Origin: Eledone cirrhosa
Taxonomy: Eukaryota
NCBI GenBank assembly: GCA_964016885.1
Contig: OZ024745.1
Location: 22,692,001-22,756,000, forward strand
Direction of reading: 5' to 3'
DNA length: 64,000 nucleotides
Every line of letters begins with the position of its first letter. Within the stretch, counting starts at the first letter, position 1. The notes beneath the pieces were generated by a model that did no database searches, had not been told where the DNA came from, and saw only the letters and a program-made list of their open reading frames with translations. The translations under genes were made by a program, and so were the position numbers. Of this stretch, positions 55,501 through 64,000 are shown one piece after another.

Positions 55501-57118
55501 CTAGCTAGTCCAGACTGCTTCTATACTAGAGTTATATTGTTGTAGCTAGTCCAGACTGTTTCTATGCTAGAGTTATATTGTGTTGTAGCTAGTCCAGACT
55601 GTTTCTATACTAGAGTTATATTGTGTTCTAGCTATTCCAGACTGTTTCTATACTAGAGTTATATTGTGTTCTAGCTAGTCCAGACTATTTCTATACTAGA
55701 GTTATATTGTTGTAGCTCGTCCAGACTGTTTCTATACTAGAGATATATTGTATTCTAGCTAGTCGAGACTGCTTCTATACTAGCGTTATATTGTGTTCTA
55801 GCTAGTCCAGACTGTTTCTATACTAGCGTTATATTGTGTTCTAGCTATTCCAGACTGTTTCTATACTAGAGTTATATTGTTGCAGCTAGTCCAGACTGTT
55901 TCTATGCGAGAGTTATATTGTGTTTTAGCTATTCCAGACTGTTTCTATACTAGAGTTATATTGTGTTTTAGCTAGTCCATACTGTTTCTATACTAGAGTT
56001 ATATTGTGTTGTAGCTATTCCAGACTGTTTCTATACTAGAGTTATATTGTTGTAGCTTGTCCAGACTGTTTCTATGCTGGAGTTATATTGTTGTAGCTAT
56101 TCCAGACTGTTTCTATACTAGAGTTATATTGTGTTGTAGCTATTCCAGACTGTTTCTATGCTAGAGTTATATGGTTGTAGCTAGTCCAGACTGTTTCTAT
56201 GCTATAGTTATATTGTGTTGTAGCTATTCCAGACTATTTCTATACTATAGTTATATTGTTGTAGCTAGTCCAGACTGTTTCTATACTAGAGTTATATTGT
56301 GTTGTAGCTATTCCAGACTGTTTCTATACTAGAGTTATATTGTTGTAGCTAGTCCAGACTGTTTCTATGCTAGCGTTATATTTTTGTAGCTAGTCCAGAC
56401 TGTTTCTATGCTATAGTTATATTGTGTTGTAGCTAATCCAGACTGTTTCTATACTAGAGTTATATTGTGTTCTAGCTATTCCAGACTGTTTCTATACTAG
56501 AGTTATATTGTGTTCTAGCTAGTCCAGACTATTTCTATACTAGAGTTATATTGTGTTCTAGCTATTCCAGCCTATTTCTATACTAGAGTTATATTGTGTT
56601 CTAGCTATTCCAGACTGTTTCTATACTAGAGTTATATTGTAGTAGCTAATCCAGACTGTTTCTATACTAGAGTTATATTGTTGTAGCTAGTCCAGACTGT
56701 TTCTATGCTAGAGTTATATTGTGTTCTAGCTAGTCCAGACTGCTTCTATACTAGAGTTATATTGTTGTAGCTCGTCCAGACTGTTTCTATACTAGTGATA
56801 TATTGTTGTAGCTCGTCCAGACTGTTTCTATACTAGAGATATATTGTGTTCTAGCTATTCCAGACTGTTTCTATACTAGAGTTATATTGTTGTAGCTCGT
56901 CCAGACTGCTTCTATACTAGAGTTATATTGTTGTAACTCGTCCAGACTGTTTCTATACTAGAGATATATTGTTGTAGCTCGTCCAGACTGTTTCTATACT
57001 AGCGTTATATTGTGTTCTAGCTAGTCCAGACTGTTTCTATACTAGCGTTATATTGTGTTCTAGCTATTCCAGACTGTTTCTATACTAGAGATATATTGTG
57101 TTGTAGCTAGTCCAGACG
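28540..57118. repeat. Satellite array, 41/43-bp monomer, roughly 680 copies
   Basis: Consensus CTAGAGTTATATTG(TG)TTGTAGCTA[G/T]TCCAGACTGTTTCTAT[A/G]; head-to-tail, no interruption seen; copy number estimated from length. Confidence 0.99.
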
Positions 57119-57185
57119 GTATATAACGCCAGGTTTAGAAAATGCCAACGTATGACATATATTACTACGGTGCTCCTGTGACCCT

Positions 57186-57447
57186 ACATACATATATACA
57201 AGCATACATATATACATATATATATATACGCCCATGCATACATATACACATACACACTCATACATACATACATATATACACATATACATATATACATATA
57301 TATATACATACATATATACATACACACACATACGCCTATGCATACATATATGCATACACAAATTCATACATACGCCCATGCATGCACACATACATTCACA
57401 CACACGCGTACATACATACATAAATACATACAAAAATATATATACAT
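57186..57447. repeat. Degenerate (CATA)/(CA)/(TA) microsatellite
   Basis: Direct inspection. Confidence 0.9.
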
Positions 57448-58162
57448 AAATTCTATTTTCACTAAACATTTTATTTTGTATAATTTGTCCAATTTGCTTT
57501 CTTTTTCTTTCTTTCTATCTTCTCCCCGACGTCTTCTCCATTGTAATTTGGTTACAATTAACAATTTAATGATATTATTTTGTTGTATTTTAGAACTATT
57601 TTTAATTCTGTGTCGTCTTATACAGCAATTTTCACATTCCAGTTTTTTTAAATAACTATTCTGATTCTTTTTTTTTTTTTTTTTTTTTCTATTTCAGTTC
57701 ATTTTGATAAGAAATTACTCCAGTACTTACTAGTAATCTGTCTGTATATGTTTATTTTCCACACTAGCAGACTAAACTTTCCTTGTTTACTGATTATGAT
57801 AACTGCAACACGAACTATATGATTTACATATAGTTTATATCTATTTCATACTTTAAGGTGTGGACAATTTCTTATGTTTATTTAGTAACATTTAGTTTTT
57901 TTCTATTCTCCTTTATGAATGCTATTTTCACGCATCTGTACTCTTTCTTCAATCTTAATATACTTTTTCTACCTTTTTTTCTTCTATTAGTTTTCTAAGT
58001 TAAATCTGATGTTCATATTATTCGTATTTATGTGACTATTTTTCCTTTAGTTTGTGTGGTGTTGGTTCATGTGTAACTCGTTGTACCCGAAAGTCGACTG
58101 AAAGGTAGAGAGAGTGATCAAGATACTCTCATGGAATGACCAAATGTGGTTATTTTTCAACA

Positions 58163-58295
58163 TTACTGAGTGGTTTAGGAGCTCACTTCGTAACCAGTTG
58201 GTTATGGGTTTAGTTTCATTGTACGGCAACTCGGGTATGTCTCTTCCTCTATACACCCAGACAAACACCTTGTGGGTGAAATTTGGTAAACTGCA
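58163..58295 (+). mobile_element. tRNA-derived SINE, family 3 (degenerate head)
   Basis: GAGTGGTTTAGGAGCTCACTTCGTAACCA..GGGTTTAGTTTCA..CCTTGTGGGTGAAATTTGGTA followed by TA/GT tract; recognised by recall only. Confidence 0.55.
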
Positions 58296-58599
58296 TATAT
58301 ATATATATACGTGTGTATTTGTGTGTGTGTGTGTGTTTGCGTGTGTGTATGTTTGCGTGTGTGTATTTATGTGTGTGTGTATTTATGTGTGTATGTGTGT
58401 GTGCGTGTATGTATGTGTGTATGTGTGTGTGTATTTATGTGTGTGTGTATTTATGTGTGTATGTGTGTGTGCGTGTGTGTGTGTATGTATGTGTGTATGT
58501 GTGTGTGTATTTATGTGTGTGTGTGTATTTATGTGCGTATGTGTGTGTGTGTGCGTATGTGTGTGTGTATGTGTGTGTGTATGTGTGTGTGTGTGTGTA

Positions 58600-58919
58600 T
58601 ACCAGAGTTGATTGAAACGTTCATAGGCTGAAAACACAGAGGCTGACTAAGATACTCTCATAGAATAACTAAAATAGTTTTAGTTTTCAACATATGTCCC
58701 TGAAATGAAACAATGCAGTTATTTATATGAAGAGTTACGAGGGTTGGCTGAAAGCCTCATAGGCTGACTATGAAGGACTCATGTTCGGACTGTCAAATCT
58801 TGCATGCATTAGTTTCAACTTTTTATTATTAACTGCAATGTTTCCTTCCAGGGACTATGTTGAAAGATAAACCTTATTTGGTCCTTCCATGAGAGTATCT
58901 TGGTCAGCTGTCCCTCGTA
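58600..58919. mobile_element. Two adjacent mariner-type MITE copies (partial 58600-58735; 58736-58919 with TACGAGGG / CCCTCGTA ends)
   Basis: Homology to 6986-7192. Confidence 0.8.
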
Positions 58920-59236
58920 TATTTACCCCAATATGGTCATCGACTAGACTGATACTTGATATGTCTGGAGCAATAAATCCTGAAATTGCATCGAGTGGGT
59001 ACATGCGTCTCATAAGTTTGTCCTATTAGGGTTCACTTGCGAGTGGCCAAACAACAACTACTTCTTTACAGAATCGAGAATCTTCATATTGTTATATTTG
59101 GGGAGGGTCACATGTATTTCTAGCCAATCACTCGACCTCGTGAAGGTTATCTCAATTCTTCATGTTTACATTTCATTCATCTCTTCGTAACAGAGAGAAA
59201 TATGTGAGAACTATTTCTTTTATAATTTATTTAATT

Positions 59237-59462
59237 GGGGCGATGGATTTGGTAGTATCGGTAGAGCGTCGGACAACATGTTATGTGGCACAGAGTTATG
59301 ACCCTTTACGTTCTGAGTTCAAATCCCGCTGAGGTTAGCTTTGGCTTTCATCTTTACGGGGTCGATAAAATAAAGTACCAGTAATGCACTGGGGAAAATT
59401 TTAATCGACTTTCCCCTCTCCCAACATTGTTGGCCTTGTGCCTAAATCAGAAATCATTATTC
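59237..59462 (+). mobile_element. tRNA-derived SINE, family 2
   Basis: TGGTAGTATCGGTAGAGCGTCGG..GAGTTCAAATCCCGC..GGGGTCGATAAAATAAAGTACCAG..ATT tail. Confidence 0.9.
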
Positions 59463-59514
59463 ATTCATTCATTTACTTAATTTGGTTTTTCTTCATATTA
59501 TTGCTAACACATAT

Positions 59515-59640
59515 ATCCCGCATGCGCACAGTACCACGTTTCGGTGATACTTCCGTATCGCAAATCAAATGGATGTTACGTGATCAAATGTTTTATAAAA
59601 ATAGATACTTAAGAGGAGAAGCTACCGCCATTTTAAACTG
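59515..59640. promoter_or_regulatory. Candidate Pol II promoter motif cluster
   Basis: NRF1-like CGCATGCGCA 59519, ETS ACTTCCG 59549, TATAAAA 59594, YY1 CCGCCATTTT 59625; locally CpG-rich. Confidence 0.4.
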
Positions 59641-60124
59641 TTCTGTTTTGTTTCTTTTTGTTTTTTTTCCATCATTTTATTTTGTTATATTTATATATTT
59701 ATTTATATTCTCGCTCAGTTTATCTTTATTTCACTGTTTTTAATATATATATATACATTTAAATATTATCTTGCCTTTAAGTGAACATTCTTTGTAAACA
59801 ATATTTGTTAGAAGATATTACTTATTTACTTAAAGTTTCTTAACATTGAATCCGTTTAGAAATCAGATCAATGATTTCTGTATTCCTCCAGATTATTCGA
59901 TTGTTGAAACTTGTATATATTTGAGTATATTCATTGCTAAGAAAGACATTATCTATTTTGTATTTACCACCTGCGATAAACTGTTAGTTCTTTTATTCAC
60001 AGGAGTCTAATGCTTTCTTTTTGTGCTATTTTTTATATAGTATTTCTAATACCTGGAGTATTATATCTATTTCGTTGTTTTCCTCTAACTTCTTATTATC
60101 CCTTTAACACTATTTATCTATTCC

Positions 60125-60126
<2 letters not shown>

Positions 60127-60188
<62 letters not shown>

Positions 60189-60374
60189 CGTGCGCGCGCG
60201 CGTGTATGTGTATGTGTGGATAGGTGGGTGGGTGCGTGTGTGCGGGTGTGTGTCGTGAGTGTGTGTGTGTGTGTGTGTCGTGTGTGTGTGTGTGTGTGTG
60301 TGCGTGCGTGTGCGTGTGTGTGTGTGTGTATGGATGGGTGGGTGGTTGCGTGCGTGTGTGTGTGTGTGTGTGTG

Positions 60375-60412
<38 letters not shown>

Positions 60413-60475
60413 GCGTGTGCGCGTGTGTATGTGTGTGTGTGGATGGGTGGGTGGGTGCGTGTGTGCGTGTGTGTG

Positions 60476-60566
<91 letters not shown>

Positions 60567-60580
60567 TGTGCGCGTGTGTG
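60127..60580. repeat. (GT)n compound microsatellite with ~110-bp higher-order repeats
   Basis: GGATGGGTGGGTGG and GTCGTG markers recur about 3 times. Confidence 0.92.
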
Positions 60581-60772
60581 CAGAAACCATGTGTTGCTAG
60601 ATATATCAGCCGCCGCCGATATTTCGGTTATTTCAGGGTATTTAAAATAAAATATATTTTTGTTAATGTAGAAATCCTCCTCTTCCTCATCCGCCTCCTC
60701 CTCTTCATCATCATGATCCTCATCATCATCATCCTCACCATCCACATCATCATCATCGTCATCATTATTTTG

Positions 60773-60993
60773 AGGCGGTGGATTGGCAGTATCGGTAGAG
60801 CGTCGGACACCCTGCTTCGAGTTACGGTTTTTTACGTTCTGAGTTCTAATCCCGCCGAGGTTAACTTTACCTTTCATCCTTACGGGTTCGATAAAATAAA
60901 GCACCAGTAATGCACTGGGGTCGATTTAATCGACTTTCTCTTCCCCCGAAGTTGCTGGCCTTGTGTCTAAATCAGAAACCATTATTATCATTA
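60773..60993 (+). mobile_element. tRNA-derived SINE, family 2
   Basis: GGCGGTGGATTGGCAGTATCGGTAGAGCG..GAGTTCTAATCCCGCCGAGG..ATT tail. Confidence 0.92.
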
Positions 60994-61296
60994 TTTTGTT
61001 TGTTCGTTTATCGACACGCGTTACACATCACTCTCGTAAGTTTGTTGTTATTTATCCAACGTATTTTGTTGAACATTTGATATTATTTTATAGTTAAACT
61101 AAATAGTATCTTCGTGCGATTATTTCAGGAAAGGAAAACATTTGACAATCGGCATCTTTCTTTTCTTTCCTTTCTTTTGTTTGATTGCTTTGCCAAGATT
61201 TCAAACAAACTGTTTTTAGTTAGTGGAGTCTAACCCCAAAACCATGTGGCTGCTTCTACTTATAAAAGTGTAGCTAAAGTATTTTTCGTGCTCGGA

Positions 61297-61545
61297 GGTT
61301 CATGATGCCGGTGCTTATTTCGGTTTCCATGGCGTGAAGCAACTGAATGTACTAGATTCCCACCCCTGGACAGAACACCAGTCCATCATAGTATTAAAGC
61401 CCCAGCTATTGCTGCTACTCATGTTCAGCTGAGCAACGGGAAATGAAGTGTTTTGCTCAAAAACACAACACACAACCCAGTCCAGGAATCGAACCCACGA
61501 CTTTATGATCGTAAGTCCAACACCTTTACCACTAAGCCTTGCCCC
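61297..61545 (-). mobile_element. tRNA-derived SINE, family 1
   Basis: GGAATCGAACCC (B box, reverse complement) and ACCACTAAGCC (A box, reverse complement). Confidence 0.88.
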
Positions 61546-61901
61546 TGCGAGCAGGGAAATTATTTTATACAGAATTTTAGGAATAAGGTGATTAAAGTAA
61601 GACGATAGAAAGCCTCAGAATGCTAGAGTAAATTATTCTTCAGCAAGGAAGCCAAGCCAGCTCGCTGGCTCTGTATTGATCATCTGTAGTATAACACATC
61701 TACTTTCTATGTTTCTCTGGAAAGACAAATCTGCTATATTCATACCTGGAGAGGAGATGGGTTTCGCCTGGTTTTAAAATGCCCTAAAAACACCGTATAT
61801 TAATACTTACGAATTACCCAGGAGTTACAGGACCATGCGTTCATGCATTATTGTTACGAAAATAATCTAGACGAACTGTGAGTGTATTTGAAATTCATAA
61901 A

Positions 61902-62047
61902 AATAATTTGAAAACTTGGCCGCAACGGATAGCTGTTAAAACAATTGAATGCCGTATTCAAAAACATTCGGCTGTATTAACAACTATTTCTTGACGGCAT
62001 TTCGCTGGTTTAACAGCTATTTCTTGCGTTCGAGTTTTCAAATTATT
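61902..62047. mobile_element. Small fold-back/MITE-like hairpin
   Basis: AATAATTTGAAAACTTG..ATAGCTGTTAAA..AATGCCGT / ACGGCATT..TTTAACAGCTAT..CGAGTTTTCAAATTATT. Confidence 0.7.
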
Positions 62048-62393
62048 CCTATAGCTTTGCTTTGTTATAGAGAGAACACATAACCTTTAATTGTGTCTCT
62101 TCCTCAACAAAATGAGCAAACGCTTTAGTGCAAAGTAGTTTAAGTCTAGAAAGTTTGTTGGAAAGATTTCTTTAAACGAGTATATAACGTATGTGAATGT
62201 CTCGGTTACTAACAAATTTATTTTATGCTCAGTTTTCTGTACTAATGTAAGCTTTTATTGGTTATTTATTGCCACGTTTCTATCAACTACAAAAAGAAAC
62301 GAGGCTCAGTTTCTCCGAGTTTGAAAAACCAGCAAAATTGTGGTGCCGTACGCCGTAAATAAATCTTGGATACTACACACACACACACACACA

Positions 62394-62482
<89 letters not shown>

Positions 62483-62588
62483 TTGTGTGTGTGAGTAAGA
62501 GAGAGAGGTGTATTATTTATGTGTATTATTTATGTACACATGCATGAATATGTATATATATATGTGTGTGTGTGTATGTGTGTATGTG

Positions 62589-62664
<76 letters not shown>

Positions 62665-62763
62665 CATGTATATATATATGTGTGTGTGCGTGTGAGTGTG
62701 AGAGAGAGAGGTGTGTATTATTTATGTACACATGCATGTATATGTATATATATATGTGTGTGT

Positions 62764-62799
<36 letters not shown>

Positions 62800-63208
62800 A
62801 CTAAATTTCCACAAGCCCATCTCTATTACAAACTAAGGAAGTTCCAGTAAGGTAATTTGTACGTTCACATCTCCCGCGCCATCTTTTATTGTTATTTATA
62901 TACCTTGTATCAATGTACTGGTTATGTGTGTGTGAGTGTTTGTGTGTGTGTGTGAGTGTGTGTGTGTGTGTATGTGTATATACATGTGTGTTTGTGTGTG
63001 TGTGCGAGTGTGTGTGTATGTGTATATATGTGTGCGTGTTATTTTTTCATTCTTAAACTTCCATTTAAGACTGGTTTTATCCTTCATTCTAAGTGTGTCT
63101 AAAATATAAAGTGACGAAATAGTGCGGAGGTAAACCAGTTTAATATGTTTCTCCCCGTCACAAGATATCCTTGTGCCAAAAGTACTTATACGTGTGTGTA
63201 TGTATGTG

Positions 63209-63264
<56 letters not shown>

Positions 63265-63491
63265 TGCTTACGCACGTGCACAATTATAGCTCTTTTTACA
63301 AATGTTTTTTTTTTCTATTTCAGGTAGACGCACTCCATCATCCATGTTTCTAAAATACAAATCATACACAAACGCCAGCACCAACAGTTTTGCAAGAGAT
63401 GTCAACATGAATGGACCTGTTGTTTTTATCTAATGACATGTTTTCCAATTTCATCCCGCCCGTCCCCTTAATCTATTTTATTTCTCATTCT

Positions 63492-63529
63492 TTCTTCTGA
63501 TGAAGGACTAGCGTCCGAAACGTTAAGAA
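63492..63529 (+). ncRNA. Minimal type I hammerhead ribozyme
   Basis: TTCTT-CTGATGA-A-GGAC tagc GTCC-GAAA-CG-TT-AAGAA; stem III ACGT could form only as a dimer; the element ends in a CA/TA tract at ~63614. Confidence 0.85.
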
Positions 63530-63617
63530 CCTCTTCCTGCTATTTCAAGCGTTAACCTAATATATCCCTTCCATATACTGTACCGATTGTGTTGTTATTT
63601 CTGTTTACCTTTTACAT

Positions 63618-63700
<83 letters not shown>

Positions 63701-63729
63701 TATACATACATACATATTCATACATACGT

Positions 63730-63783
<54 letters not shown>

Positions 63784-63784
63784 T

Positions 63785-63837
<53 letters not shown>

Positions 63838-64000
63838 GTTAAATATATATATATATGTTGCATAAATATATATATATGTTGCATATATATATATTTAATT
63901 TTATGTATATGATAACCCTTATATTTAATAATCTCCCAATTGGTTGAGATTAAATTTGGCGATATATGGCTGCGCTTTCTAGCAGCAAGCCTACCCGCCA

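Noticed and set aside
28540-57118. CRISPR-like array
   Set aside because: Monomers are contiguous with no unique spacers, no cas genes, eukaryotic context
63300-63435. Splice acceptor TTTCAG at 63323 followed by a short frame
   Set aside because: No recognisable protein; adjacent to a hammerhead-bearing repeat

Overview
AT-rich, microsatellite-dense eukaryotic non-coding DNA. The tRNA-derived SINE families suggest an octopus/coleoid cephalopod (inference from recall). No host protein-coding gene can be supported, and nearly all listed ORFs are microsatellite artefacts. Layout: (1) 1-5.6 kb simple and trinucleotide repeats; (2) 5.6-12.5 kb old SINEs and MITEs; (3) 12.5-28.3 kb a cluster of Penelope-like element (PLE) pieces, mostly inserted in (TA)n; (4) 28.5-57.1 kb a 41/43-bp satellite array with three higher-order-repeat domains; (5) 57-64 kb SINEs, MITEs and a candidate promoter. 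The PLE cluster includes one near-intact RT+GIY-YIG 3' half and two Naiad-type GIY-YIG fragments. Main observation: by eye I find 13 foldable type I hammerhead ribozyme motifs of about 8 different sequence families, 12 of them within ~15 kb. Many have palindromic stem III. They occur with fold-back hairpins, cross-family chimeric junctions, locally templated insertions, a retrozyme-like 469-bp unit and a convergent tRNA-like fold-back element. All folds were checked by manual base-pairing only.
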